Positions 19,001-27,537 of a stretch of DNA of 64,000 nucleotides are shown here, piece after piece. The DNA comes from Candidatus Latescibacterota bacterium (GTDB lineage: Bacteria; Latescibacterota; UBA2968; GCA-2709665). The first letter of the stretch is position 1, and each line of letters starts with the position of its first letter. Position numbers and translations under genes: made by a program. The stretch spans positions 3,360,001 to 3,424,000 of the forward strand of contig OZ250150.1 of the NCBI GenBank assembly GCA_965237675.1. Direction: 5' to 3'. The notes under the pieces were generated by a model. It was given only the letters and a program-made list of their open reading frames with translations, had not been told where the DNA came from and made no database searches.

Positions 19001-19988
19001 CCGGGAAGGGCGCCACCCCGGTGGGAAAGTTATGAGTTTCCGCGGTGAAAATGATGTGATAGTTCGGTTCTGAAGCGGCGAATGGACCGGGTTCACCGGG
19101 CCTGGCGGGCATGATGGTTCTTGTGGGATAACCTCTGATACCGCTTGCATTGTCCCGGAACGCGATGGTGCTGTTGCCGGGACTGGCCTTCAGGGGTTGT
19201 TGAATCATACCCAGGAGATGTTCCGGCATTTCCTCACCGTCGATCGTCAGCCGACCCTGGAAGAACCAGTGCCGGGAGTGTTCGCTGTTGGACTGTGCAA
19301 TGTCGAAACACTCCACGTTGGTGGGATTTCGCCGAAGGTGGTCCAGAAAGAGGTCGGTATAATAGTCCAGATCCCAGTCGTCAAATGCCAGCCCCCACGC
19401 TTTGTTGATGCGTTCCAGCGCCGGCCTGCCTTCCTGAATGAGCGGAACTTCGAAGACGGGCTCCGGTTTTACGCCGGTCTCGAACGTGGCCAGCGGCGAG
19501 GCGAATTCGCATTCGGTCATGCGGTCGTGGATTGTTTCCAGAAACGCGGATTGTCGTTCCCGCGTCAGGCGAGGCCTCAGTAGATAACGCCTCGACCTTT
19601 CAATGCGTGTGATCTTCGTCAGGTCGCAGGCATGGCAAATGGAAACGGCATTCGTAGACCAGGCCGTGCTGAAGGTCAATCGTGGTCCCACTTCGAGAAC
19701 CGTACCGTCGGTGCCCAAAAATGGCGTCGTGTTGAGTTTTTCGGGCTCAAAGGTCTCGCTCAGGAGCCAGGCGAGTCGCTCCCGTTCTTCGGACGTCAAC
19801 GTGCCATCCAGTTCGACATAGATACATGCTTCGGTTTCGAGCCCCTCAATACGGGGCCAGATGCTCTGCCTGACCTGGCGGAGCAGGTCGCCCGTTTGCG
19901 TCCGGGAGAGGTACGGCCAGCGGTATAGATGAAGAAGGCCCACGGGCAGTTTCAATTCCTTTCCGGCGTTGACAATTGGGACGAACAC
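16032..19988 (-). CDS. purL: Phosphoribosylformylglycinamidine synthase, large fused form (alternative GTG start near 19943)
   Basis: QSNSEHSRH, ETHNFPT, HDQGAGG, GGKDSLS, HDRSDGG, GGFSYAD, LGVCNGCQ, MMPHPER. Confidence 0.97.
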   Translation of the reverse strand: MFVPIVNAGKELKLPVGLLHLYRWPYLSRTQTGDLLRQVRQSIWPRIEGLETEACIYVELDGTLTSEERERLAWLLSETFEPEKLNTTPFLGTDGTVLEVGPRLTFSTAWSTNAVSICHACDLTKITRIERSRRYLLRPRLTRERQSAFLETIHDRMTECEFASPLATFETGVKPEPVFEVPLIQEGRPALERINKAWGLAFDDWDLDYYTDLFLDHLRRNPTNVECFDIAQSNSEHSRHWFFQGRLTIDGEEMPEHLLGMIQQPLKASPGNSTIAFRDNASGIRGYPTRTIMPARPGEPGPFAASEPNYHIIFTAETHNFPTGVAPFPGAETGTGGRIRDVHAAGRGALVVAGTAAYCVGNLRIPDYEMPWEDPSFQYSDNFASPLRIEIEASNGASDYGNKFGEPLIQGYTRAFGLRLPDGQRREWIKPIMFTGGIGQIDARHTRKGTPEEKMWVVKLGGPAYRIGMGGGAASSMVQGENTAELDFNAVQRGDAEMEQKVNRVIRACVEMGAENPIVSIHDQGAGGNCNVLKEIVAPEGARIHVRALPVGDRSLSVLEIWGAEYQENDALLLHPRHADAFKNLCRREKIKAAFVGHVTGNGRIVLYDETDDTTPVDLELEKVLGDMPRKNFELYRRPTELAPLVLPEDITVKSALERVLRLVSVGSKRFLTNKVDRSVTGLVARQQCAGPLQLTVSDVAVIAQSHFGITGAATAIGEQPVIGLLDPAAMARMSVGEALTNLVWAQVSALEDVKCSGNWMWAAKLPGEGAALYDAARSLVNFLLELGIAIDGGKDSLSMAALAPGPGGTGETVTAPGALVISAYVTCPDVTKVVTPDLKLPEAGRLLYIDLADGKTRLGGSALAQVYSQIGDTPPDVEDPGLLKRAFNALQQLIAENSVAAGHDRSDGGILTAMLEMAFAGNCGIRIDLPTSSDPISSLFSEEMGLVFEVHANKVRHVLETLNAADVPCIPIGKTTADTSVRIALNGMTVLDDDMETLRDLWEETSYRLERLQANPQCVDQERLTLRQRTGPRYTLPFTPAPTAPEILKSGTKIPVAIVREEGSNGDREMASAFHAAGLEPWDVTMSDLQADRIRLDGFRGVAFVGGFSYADVLDSAKGWAGVIRFSPRLRDQFQAFHERTDTFSLGVCNGCQLMALLGWVPWAGTKTEFQPRFIQNTSGRFESRFVTAQIQESPAVMFKHMAGASLGIWVAHGEGRIHFPRPETLDRVIRNNLAPVRYIDDGNCITESYPFNPNGSPHGIAALCSPDGRHLAMMPHPERAFLKWQWGWMPESWKNCLSASPWLQIFQNARAWCEET

Positions 19989-20782
19989 TAGGTTTGCAGT
20001 AGTTCCGGTAAGGATCTGATGGTCCGATCCGGACGAATCTCACCGTCTTCAGGCAGTCCCGTTCCCCGGGCGTCGTACCAGATGCAGTAGATGCCCAATT
20101 TCTGCGGAACGGCGACCTCCCACTCCAGGTTGTCGCCGACCATCCACGCATCCTTGGGGGTGGCGTTTAGCAGGTGCAGCGCATCCCTATAGATGCGAAT
20201 ATCGGGTTTACCGTATCCACATTCTCCTTCGATGAGGATAGCGTCAAAGAAGGGCTCCAGATTGAATCTGCGTATCTTTTCCCTCTGGGGCTTGGCACCA
20301 CCGTTGGTCACGAGGGCCATCCGCACGCTGCCGTCCCGAAGAACGCGAAGGGTTTCGAGGGCGCCGGGAAAAGGCTGGATCGTCTTCCTGCGCTCACGGT
20401 CGTAAGATTCGCCAATGGTGCCCGCCAATTCCCAGTCGTCTATGGCAAGTCGGCGCAGGGCATGGTGGGCGACACGCTGATACGCAAGGGGCATATTCTG
20501 GCGGTTCGCCCGGTGCCGTTCGGGATCGCCCCAAAACCACGTACGGGCTTCGTTGAGCGTCCTGTACAGCTCCTCTGCGCTCGTCCCGTCAATCTGGCTG
20601 GCCGCCTGGTCAGAGACCCGTTTCCAGCACGGTTCCGCATACGTGGAATAGGAGATGATGGTATCATCTAGGTCGATAAGCATCGCGCCGGGCAGGCGCA
20701 AAACAGAGACCCTTGCAATGGTCGAACCCGGGGTTGAATCTAACGTTGAGCCGCCTCTGGAGGCCGAGCGATGAGATCGCAC
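19988..20782 (-). CDS. HAD-superfamily hydrolase (start uncertain)
   Basis: DLDDT motif I, VTNG, GKPD, MVGDNLEWE. Confidence 0.85.
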   Translation of the reverse strand: MRSHRSASRGGSTLDSTPGSTIARVSVLRLPGAMLIDLDDTIISYSTYAEPCWKRVSDQAASQIDGTSAEELYRTLNEARTWFWGDPERHRANRQNMPLAYQRVAHHALRRLAIDDWELAGTIGESYDRERRKTIQPFPGALETLRVLRDGSVRMALVTNGGAKPQREKIRRFNLEPFFDAILIEGECGYGKPDIRIYRDALHLLNATPKDAWMVGDNLEWEVAVPQKLGIYCIWYDARGTGLPEDGEIRPDRTIRSLPELLQT

Positions 20783-21060
20783 CGACGCGCGGGCGTCCGA
20801 TGTAAAATTAAGGCGTTGCCGAGTATATTGCTAATTTATTATTTTGATATAATCAATAAAAATGTTTTATCAATCCATCATCCTGTCGTATCTGGATGAG
20901 AGGATTCCTTCCAATTCATCGAATCGTAATACTTGAAACGACGCGTCGATGAGAATGTGGTGTCTGCCGCGGTCGCTCGCGTCGAAACCCCGCTGCCGGG
21001 TGCATCCATACCGGCGTCTATTTTCCACGACGACCCAATATGCACCGATACCAATTCTGG

Positions 21061-21089
21061 TTGACAACCTGGCTTGGCGGTCATATTTT
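21061..21089 (+). promoter_or_regulatory. Sigma70-like promoter upstream of leader/aldo-keto reductase
   Basis: TTGACA-17 nt-TATTTT. Confidence 0.6.
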
Positions 21090-21117
21090 CTGTGCGGTAT
21101 CCGAGCGATACCATTTT

Positions 21118-21168
21118 CGGCCTTCGAAGGAGTCGCCGGGAGGGAGCCTTCGAGGGCCGTTTTTTTTT
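21118..21168 (+). terminator. Intrinsic terminator 28 nt upstream of the AKR start codon
   Basis: 13-bp stem CGGCCTTCGAAGG/CCTTCGAGGGCCG (one G-U) followed by T9. Confidence 0.75.
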
Positions 21169-21196
21169 CGCGGCGTTGGACAGGTGCGAGGTGGCC

Positions 21197-22150
21197 ATGG
21201 AGCATCGGGCGCTTTTCAGGGGCGGTCCCCTGATTTCGGAGGTTGGATTCGGCGGTGGGCCGCTCCGGGGACTGGACTGGGGGCCCGTGAACGACGAAAC
21301 GTCGGTCCGTGCCGTTCACAGGGCTCTGGATGTTGGGGTGACATTTTTCGATACCGCGGACGCATACGGGAACGGCCGCAGCGAGCGGGTGCTTGGAAGG
21401 GCGCTGGCGGGTAGACGAAACCAGGTTGTGCTGGCAACAAAGGGCGGCTGGTGGTACGTGGACGGTGCGCCTTATTGTAATTTTTCTCTGATCTACCTCT
21501 TCCGGTCCCTAGAGGCCAGTCTGAGGTGTTTGCGCACGGATTTTGTCGATTTATATCAGATCCACGATCCGGATATTGAGACCATTCGGCAGGGTCGTAT
21601 TTTCGAATTCCTGTTTCGTATGAAACGAGCGGGTCAAATCCGATTCGCAGGGGTGTCTATAAATACCGTTGAAGAGGGACGGCTTTGCATCGAATCCGGT
21701 TGTGTGGATGTGATCCAGGTCTATTACAATATTCTGGACCAGCGTCCCGACCCCGAGTTGTTTGAAGCGGCTCGGCAGGCCGGGGTCGGGACAGTGATTA
21801 AGGCGCCGCTGGCAAGGGGTCTGCTAAGCGGGAAATACCGTGCGGATTCCGATTTTCCGGACGTGGATTTCCGAGCATGTTGGCAGAAGGACGGGCGATT
21901 GCAGCGAGCCATACGGCAGGTGGCCAGGGTGGAGGCGCTGGTGGGCGACCGTAGCCCGGCGCTGGCGCAGACAGCACTGCGATTCGTGTTGAGTCATCCG
22001 GCCGTGTCGTGTGTGATTCCCGGCGCCAAAACACCGGAGCAGGCCGAGGCTAACGCAGCGGCATCGGAAATGGGTTCGTTGGATGAAGCGGATGTAGCCG
22101 CTTTGAAGGCGCTCTACGGAGAGATGGACGGACCGGTTGACGCATGGTAG
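21197..22150 (+). CDS. Aldo/keto reductase
   Basis: FFDTADAYGNGRSE, LATKGG, SLRCLRTDFVDLYQIH, PLARGLLSGKY, VIPGAKT; SD GAGGTG. Confidence 0.93.
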   Translation: MEHRALFRGGPLISEVGFGGGPLRGLDWGPVNDETSVRAVHRALDVGVTFFDTADAYGNGRSERVLGRALAGRRNQVVLATKGGWWYVDGAPYCNFSLIYLFRSLEASLRCLRTDFVDLYQIHDPDIETIRQGRIFEFLFRMKRAGQIRFAGVSINTVEEGRLCIESGCVDVIQVYYNILDQRPDPELFEAARQAGVGTVIKAPLARGLLSGKYRADSDFPDVDFRACWQKDGRLQRAIRQVARVEALVGDRSPALAQTALRFVLSHPAVSCVIPGAKTPEQAEANAAASEMGSLDEADVAALKALYGEMDGPVDAW

Positions 22151-22222
22151 AACCCCAAGAATGGATTGGGTATGAGCCCACGCTCGCCCGGAGCCTGAGG
22201 ACGACAAACAACGATGAGAAAC

Positions 22223-22283
22223 GGCATCCACAAAAGAACACAGGCGGGGTCTTGCACCCCGCCTGTGTTCTTTTGTGGATGCC
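22223..22283. terminator. 28-bp perfect inverted repeat, likely bidirectional terminator
   Basis: GGCATCCACAAAAGAACACAGGCGGGGT-CTTGC-ACCCCGCCTGTGTTCTTTTGTGGATGCC between convergent genes. Confidence 0.8.
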
Positions 22284-22293
22284 ACGTGCAGAT

Positions 22294-22479
22294 TCAGTCG
22301 GCGGCGATACCCATGTGTTCCACACCCGAACCCGTTTCGCCCGCCAGCGTCTGCCTGGCATTCTCCATAAACTGCGCGATTCGCACCTGAAGGTCTTTGG
22401 CTTCCGATTCAAACCGATCCAACTCGTCCACTAGATCCTCATAGTCGAGACGTGGCTCAACGTCCGTGCGGTTCGCCAT
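22294..22479 (-). CDS. Small acidic coiled-coil hypothetical protein (61 aa)
   Basis: Own consensus promoter, SD AAGGGAG, downstream hairpin; heptad-like LVDELDRFESEAKDLQVRIAQF. Confidence 0.7.
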   Translation of the reverse strand: MANRTDVEPRLDYEDLVDELDRFESEAKDLQVRIAQFMENARQTLAGETGSGVEHMGIAAD

Positions 22480-22567
22480 ACAACACGCTCCCTTCGTGCA
22501 AGGGGAAATAGGGAGAGGGGGGAGGTTGAATGCCAATTAAGCTCGCGATATTTGAGTGAGGAACCAA

Positions 22568-22596
22568 ATTATAGGACAGGGTGGAAGATGGGTCAA
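22568..22596 (-). promoter_or_regulatory. Consensus sigma70 promoter for the 61-aa protein
   Basis: TTGACC-17 nt-TATAAT. Confidence 0.8.
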
Positions 22597-22629
22597 GAGA
22601 AAAGGTAAAAAAGTGGGGAATAAATACGG

Positions 22630-23580
22630 TCAGGGTGGCGATTGACGCTGCGGCTGTGCGTCCATCAGGGCCCGAATCTCCCGTTCTCGCGGCAGCGAAG
22701 CCTGTGCGCCGATTCGGGTAACCGCGAGGGCGCCCGCGCAATTGGCGAACGCGACCGCGTCCGCAAGGGACTGCGATACGCCGAGTGCGGCCGCGAGAGC
22801 GCCGTTGAAGGCGTCTCCCGCGCCCGTGGTGTCGCGTACGTCGACCCTGGGCGCGGGGATGAGGAGTTCGGTTTGCCGGCCCGTTGCCAGAAGCGCCCCC
22901 CGTGCGCCAAGCGTGATAATGACGTTGATTACACCGCGGTCCATCAGGATGTCTGCGGCTTGGCGTGCCGCTCTTTCGGTATCCGGACGAATGCCGGTTA
23001 GTGTCTCGGTTTCAGGTTCGTTCGGCGTCAGGAGAAAAAGATCGGAGAGAAGCTCCGCCGGAAGGTCACGCGCGGGGGCGGGGTTGAGAATAACCGGCAC
23101 GTTGTGTTCCCTTGCCAGACCCGCCGCGTGGAGAACCGTGGGCATTGGTGTCTCAAGCTGAAGCAGGCAAGTTGAAGCGCCGTTGAAAACAGAACCCGCA
23201 GCGTCGATCTGAACGGGGGATAGGGCCGCGTTGGCGCCGGGAACCACGGCAATGGCGTTCTCACCCTTTCCGTCGACCAGAATCGAGGCGACCCCAGAAG
23301 GTAAATACGGATCTTTCAACACGAAGGTGGTGTCGATTCCCTCCGCCTCGAGGCAGCGCAGGGCCTCGCCACCGAAGGCGTCGCTGCCTACTCTTGCAAC
23401 AAAGGAAACACGCGCCCCGGACCGCGCCGCGGCGACCGCCTGATTGGCGCCCTTGCCGCCCGGTAATGTGGTAAACGTATCCGCCATAATGGTTTGGCCA
23501 GGTCTTGGCAGACGCTTCGATTGAACGATCAGATCCGTGTTGGAGCTGCCAATGACCAGAACGTGAGCGTGTGACGCCAT
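22630..23580 (-). CDS. rbsK: Ribokinase
   Basis: GSSNTD, PGGKGANQAVA, LLQLE, NPAPA, TPNE.E, DTTGAGDAF. Confidence 0.93.
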   Translation of the reverse strand: MASHAHVLVIGSSNTDLIVQSKRLPRPGQTIMADTFTTLPGGKGANQAVAAARSGARVSFVARVGSDAFGGEALRCLEAEGIDTTFVLKDPYLPSGVASILVDGKGENAIAVVPGANAALSPVQIDAAGSVFNGASTCLLQLETPMPTVLHAAGLAREHNVPVILNPAPARDLPAELLSDLFLLTPNEPETETLTGIRPDTERAARQAADILMDRGVINVIITLGARGALLATGRQTELLIPAPRVDVRDTTGAGDAFNGALAAALGVSQSLADAVAFANCAGALAVTRIGAQASLPREREIRALMDAQPQRQSPP

Positions 23581-23798
23581 GGGGATCTCCGGAAGAATCG
23601 GGGAGCCGCGAATTGGACGGCGCAAATGGTCCGCTTCGTGCGGGAAGTAGCCCGTATCTCGATCCGTCACCTCTCAAGCGGCTCTGAGGCAATTCAAGAA
23701 CGGGATTCAAGGTAACAAGATTCGGGCTCCACCGCCAAGGTGAACCTGACTGAATCCTCGCGGAATTATCCGAAACATGCGGACCTCATTGTATTTCC

Positions 23799-23827
23799 TT
23801 GACTTGCCTGTGGGGTTTGCTTAAGTT
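23799..23827 (+). promoter_or_regulatory. Sigma70-like promoter upstream of bamD
   Basis: TTGACT-17 nt-TAAGTT. Confidence 0.5.
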
Positions 23828-24096
23828 TTTTTTATCTACGTACGAAAGCGGAATGGAAACCGAATGCCATCCTGTTCACGACAGGCAGGATGGCCGAGTT
23901 TCCCGTCGGTTTTGTCCGGAACCATCCGTGTGTCTCCAGAGTCAAAGGTGAGAGTGGCCTGGCGTCGGCTGTATTGTTGTTTCCAGGGACTGTGCGACAA
24001 ACAGACGTCCGGTTTTCGGGTCGTCGATAGCACCGACCGTTCGGGGTTGGGAAAAAACAGGGCCCCGATTTTCTGTCTTAGCGGGGTACGAAGGGT

Positions 24097-24918
24097 ATGT
24101 TGAAGCGGATTACGTTTATTCTATGTTCAATCGGTCTGCTGGTATTGGGCGGATGTGCGCAAAACAGATACCGCCACCCGAGTGCTGACCGGTACCTTGA
24201 AACAGCGAATGAGGAACTCGAGAAAAAGAACTGCTGGGAGGCTCAGAAGTTGCTCCGCAATCTGCTTTCGGATTTTCCCGGGTCCCATCTGGTAGATCGT
24301 GCACAATATAAACTGGGCTTCGCCTATATGTGCGATAAGGACTACGTGACGGCCGTTTTTGAATTCGAGCGCGTGCTGAATGAATTTCCGACCAGTCCGT
24401 TTGTTGACCAGGCGCGGTATCAGATCGGGGTGTGTTATTATCGGCAGTCCAGGGGTATCCACCACGACCAGGACGAAACCCACAAGGCCATCCGGGAGTT
24501 TGAACGGTTTATCGAGGATTTTCCCGAAAGCGAACTCGTCCCGCGCACGCGTACCAGAATTCAGGAGCTTCGGGCCAAATTGGCTCGGAAAAAACTGATG
24601 GTCGCGGAGAACTATATTCAGTGGCAAATGTACGAATCCGCCGGGCGTTACTGCGAGATTGTCCTGAAGGAATTCGAGGATACCCCGCTCGCGACAAGAG
24701 CCCGGTTTCTCCTCGCCCGGACAAAACATCGCCTGGGTGCGCTGGACGAAGCGCTCGAGATGTTGAGACTTCTGGCCTCGGATGGTGTTCAGAACGACCT
24801 CAAACAGGATATTGCGGAAGAGATACGTCAGATCGAAAAAACCATGGCCGCGCAGAAAACCGAAACTCAGAAACCGGCGGAAAAGACAAACGGATCCAGC
24901 GCTGCAAACACCAGGTGA
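24097..24918 (+). CDS. bamD: Outer membrane protein assembly factor BamD (TPR lipoprotein)
   Basis: Lipobox LVLGGC, TPR repeats (FPGS..VDRAQY, FPTS.FVDQARY), DQDETHKAIREFE.F...FPES. Confidence 0.85.
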   Translation: MLKRITFILCSIGLLVLGGCAQNRYRHPSADRYLETANEELEKKNCWEAQKLLRNLLSDFPGSHLVDRAQYKLGFAYMCDKDYVTAVFEFERVLNEFPTSPFVDQARYQIGVCYYRQSRGIHHDQDETHKAIREFERFIEDFPESELVPRTRTRIQELRAKLARKKLMVAENYIQWQMYESAGRYCEIVLKEFEDTPLATRARFLLARTKHRLGALDEALEMLRLLASDGVQNDLKQDIAEEIRQIEKTMAAQKTETQKPAEKTNGSSAANTR

Positions 24919-24924
24919 GGCGGC

Positions 24925-25512
24925 ATGGGCGGCAGGATCGGCATTCTCGGTGGAACGTTCGATCCGATCCATCTCGGCCATCTGATAATCGCGCAGGAGG
25001 CGCTGGCGCAATGTTGTCTGGATCGGGTCCTGTTTGTTCCCTCGGCGGACCCTCCTCACAAACGGGTTGCGGAAATGGCGCCCGCCGAATCGCGCGCAAG
25101 GATGGTGACCCTGGCCCTGGACAGCCAGCCCCGTTTTGAACTGTGCCGGATCGAAATGGAGCGAACCGGAAAGTCCTATACCGTCGAAACCCTGAGGCAA
25201 CTCCGCAGGAAACTTGGAACCAGGACTGAGTTTTATCTGATTATCGGCGCGGACAACGCTGTGGAGATGTCGACATGGTGCGATCCTCAGGGCGTACTCG
25301 GCCTTGCCCATGTGACGGTGGCGGGTCGGCCCGGGTTTCTTCCCGCGGATGTGGATGACAGAATCGCCGCACAGATGCGGTTCCTGGATACGCCGCTTCT
25401 CGAGATTTCTTCCACCCAGATCCGTTCGCGAATTCGTACAGGTCGGCCCATTCGATACTGGGTGCCCGAGAACGTCGCCCGGTTTATCGAAACGCACCAC
25501 CTCTACCGATAA
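24925..25512 (+). CDS. nadD: Nicotinate-nucleotide adenylyltransferase
   Basis: GGTFDPIHLGH, PPHK, SYTVETL, IIGAD, ISSTQIR. Confidence 0.96.
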   Translation: MGGRIGILGGTFDPIHLGHLIIAQEALAQCCLDRVLFVPSADPPHKRVAEMAPAESRARMVTLALDSQPRFELCRIEMERTGKSYTVETLRQLRRKLGTRTEFYLIIGADNAVEMSTWCDPQGVLGLAHVTVAGRPGFLPADVDDRIAAQMRFLDTPLLEISSTQIRSRIRTGRPIRYWVPENVARFIETHHLYR

Positions 25513-25527
25513 AAGAGCGAGCAAACG

Positions 25528-25794
25528 ATGGTCGAATCATCGGACCGCCCCAAACAGAGCCGCGCACAACTGGGCGGGAAACCCGAGGGGCGAATCCAGC
25601 GTTATTTTTGTGTGGACGACGAAAAATACCATGCATTCGCCATGGTTTCCAAAGACGCGACGGTATTGCGTCGGATGCCCAAGCGGATTCGGGTAATGGG
25701 CAAGGACGTGGACGGATGGATCGTGGAAGTGATGGTGCCGGCGACGGACGGCGTGGTGCGGGTGGATCCGCTTGAAAGTGTGAATAAGATTTGA
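25528..25794 (+). CDS. Hypothetical protein (88 aa)
   Basis: Co-oriented, 15 nt after nadD stop; protein-like composition; no recognisable motif. Confidence 0.5.
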   Translation: MVESSDRPKQSRAQLGGKPEGRIQRYFCVDDEKYHAFAMVSKDATVLRRMPKRIRVMGKDVDGWIVEVMVPATDGVVRVDPLESVNKI

Positions 25795-25975
25795 ATTCGA
25801 CGCCACCTGCACAGGGGTCGGCGCATCCGTGCGGGCGACGCAGATAACACCCCGAACGACATATCCCGAACACCGGGATTCGGGGATGTATCCACTGCTT
25901 GGCGGGCGAAACAAGTGCATTCCAAGGGCGATTGATCGGCGGCACCGATGTTCCGTGGACAGCTCAGAGGGTAGA

Positions 25976-26308
25976 ATGACACTGCCGGACGGCCTCAACC
26001 GGGGTGAGACTACCGACGTTACGATTTTCGGGCGCCAATATCCCGTTCAAAGTCGGGAGTCATCGGAGTATACCCAGCGGGTTGCAAGCCTTGTCGATCA
26101 TCGAATGTCGGAGATCGCATCGCAGCAGAAACTGGCGGATCCAACAAAAATAGCGATTATCGCCGCATTGGATTTAACCGACAGGCTGTTAAAGTACCGG
26201 TTCGGACGCGAAGCGGCTGGCCGCCAGGCCGAGCAGGTGGCCGCGCGCCTGACGATGATGTTGGACGATAACGATCGGGGTGATCGCGGGAGATCCCGTA
26301 CAATATGA
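25976..26308 (+). CDS. zapA: Cell division protein ZapA family
   Basis: VTIFGRQY, VASLVD.RM.EI, KIAIIAALDL pattern; SD GAGGG. Confidence 0.8.
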   Translation: MTLPDGLNRGETTDVTIFGRQYPVQSRESSEYTQRVASLVDHRMSEIASQQKLADPTKIAIIAALDLTDRLLKYRFGREAAGRQAEQVAARLTMMLDDNDRGDRGRSRTI

Positions 26309-26354
26309 CCTCCTGGGTCTTCAATAAAATTGACAAGTGTGGGGCCAGGGCATC

Positions 26355-27068
26355 TCAAACCGGGGCGCGGCGTGGCGTGTTGATGAATCTGTATTTGAAG
26401 ATGATATAAAGAATTCTCCAACCCGCCTTGATCGTGCCGCTTATGGTTCCGGTAATCTTGGAAACGCCGATCCGACGCCGATAACTGACCGGAACTTCCA
26501 GGAATCGGAAATCCATCAGTGCAGCTTTTATCTGCATCTCGACCGTCCAACCAAAGGTTCTGTCCTGCATATCGAGTTTTACGAGCGCAGGGTATGTAAG
26601 GGCGCGGAATGGGCCGAGATCGGTGAAGTTGGCGCCAAACAGACGGCGGATGAGCCACGTGGCCAGCCAGTTGCCGAAACGGGCCTGTGGAAGCAGCGCG
26701 CCGGCCTCCCGGGTCCCCAGTGTGCGCGAACCGATCACAAGATCCGCGCGTCCCTCAACGATGGGCTCCACAAGTCGCGTCATTTCGTCCGGATAGTCAC
26801 TGTAATCGCCGTCCAGGAAAACGACAATATCGGGTTTGTCCAGGGCGTCGATACCCGCCAGGCATGCCCAGCCGTATCCCCTGCGATGTTCGTGAACAAT
26901 ACGGGGCCCCATCCGCCTGGCCAGGTCAACCGTTCGGTCCGTGGAGCCGTTGTCCACCACCACGACGTCGGCGTCGAGATGACGCGGAATGTCGGACAAT
27001 ACGTTCTGAATGGCTTCCTGCTCGTTGAAAACCGGAATGACCACGGCGATTTCGGGAAAGGTGTGCAT
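26355..27068 (-). CDS. Glycosyltransferase family 2
   Basis: VIPVFNE, VVDNGSTD, GYG.AC, DGDYSD, DLVIGSR, TDLGPFR. Confidence 0.92.
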   Translation of the reverse strand: MHTFPEIAVVIPVFNEQEAIQNVLSDIPRHLDADVVVVDNGSTDRTVDLARRMGPRIVHEHRRGYGWACLAGIDALDKPDIVVFLDGDYSDYPDEMTRLVEPIVEGRADLVIGSRTLGTREAGALLPQARFGNWLATWLIRRLFGANFTDLGPFRALTYPALVKLDMQDRTFGWTVEMQIKAALMDFRFLEVPVSYRRRIGVSKITGTISGTIKAGWRILYIIFKYRFINTPRRAPV

Positions 27069-27104
27069 CGGAGGAATGGCTTTCAGGGGCGTGCTGAAAG
27101 GCGT

Positions 27105-27305
27105 TTATTTTCGGGCCGGAGGCTTTCGTATCATCCGGCTCGTTCTCGAGTTGCTTCGCCCCTTCAGGCGAGCAACCAGAACGAACACGCAGAAAACAAC
27201 ACCCAGGAGAACGCTTCCCCCTATTTTGTTGGGATGATCCGCCAGCCACATCAGACCCAGGGTGACCAGCAGGCAGACGCTCGCCATGATGCTCTCTCTA
27301 CTCAT
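27105..27305 (-). CDS. Small membrane protein (two hydrophobic stretches, basic tail)
   Basis: SD AGAGG, upstream promoter TTGACA-17-TAGATT (27356-27384), hydrophobic segments VCLLVTLGLMWLA and SVLLGVVFCVFVLVA. Confidence 0.55.
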   Translation of the reverse strand: MSRESIMASVCLLVTLGLMWLADHPNKIGGSVLLGVVFCVFVLVARLKGRSNSRTSRMIRKPPARK

Positions 27306-27494
27306 CGGATCCGCCTCTTTTGTCGGGTAGAGGTTCGAGGGAGTTCGTCTCCGAGAATCTAGCGGACGTCGGAAGCGTTGTCAATTGATTCAACCCGCAG
27401 GCAACGGCCCATTACATACCGAGCAGGTCGGGAGATTCGGTTCGTGGCTCTGAGTTTGTAATTAAAGTTAAGCGGCTTTCGGAGCCGCCATGAG

Positions 27495-27525
27495 AACCTG
27501 TGCCCTGAAGGGCGCGGGTTTTTTT
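27495..27525 (+). terminator. Plus-strand intrinsic terminator with no plus-strand gene upstream
   Basis: AACCTGTGCCC-TGAA-GGGCGCGGGTT followed by a T run; two G-U pairs form only on the + strand. Confidence 0.65.
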
Positions 27526-27537
27526 CAACAAGTACGG

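Noticed and set aside
20800-20875. AT-rich tract as a possible replication origin
   Set aside because: No DnaA boxes (TTATCCACA) or dnaA context; explained as a divergent promoter region
26309-26354. 6S RNA downstream of zapA
   Set aside because: Only 46 nt before the convergent gene; too short
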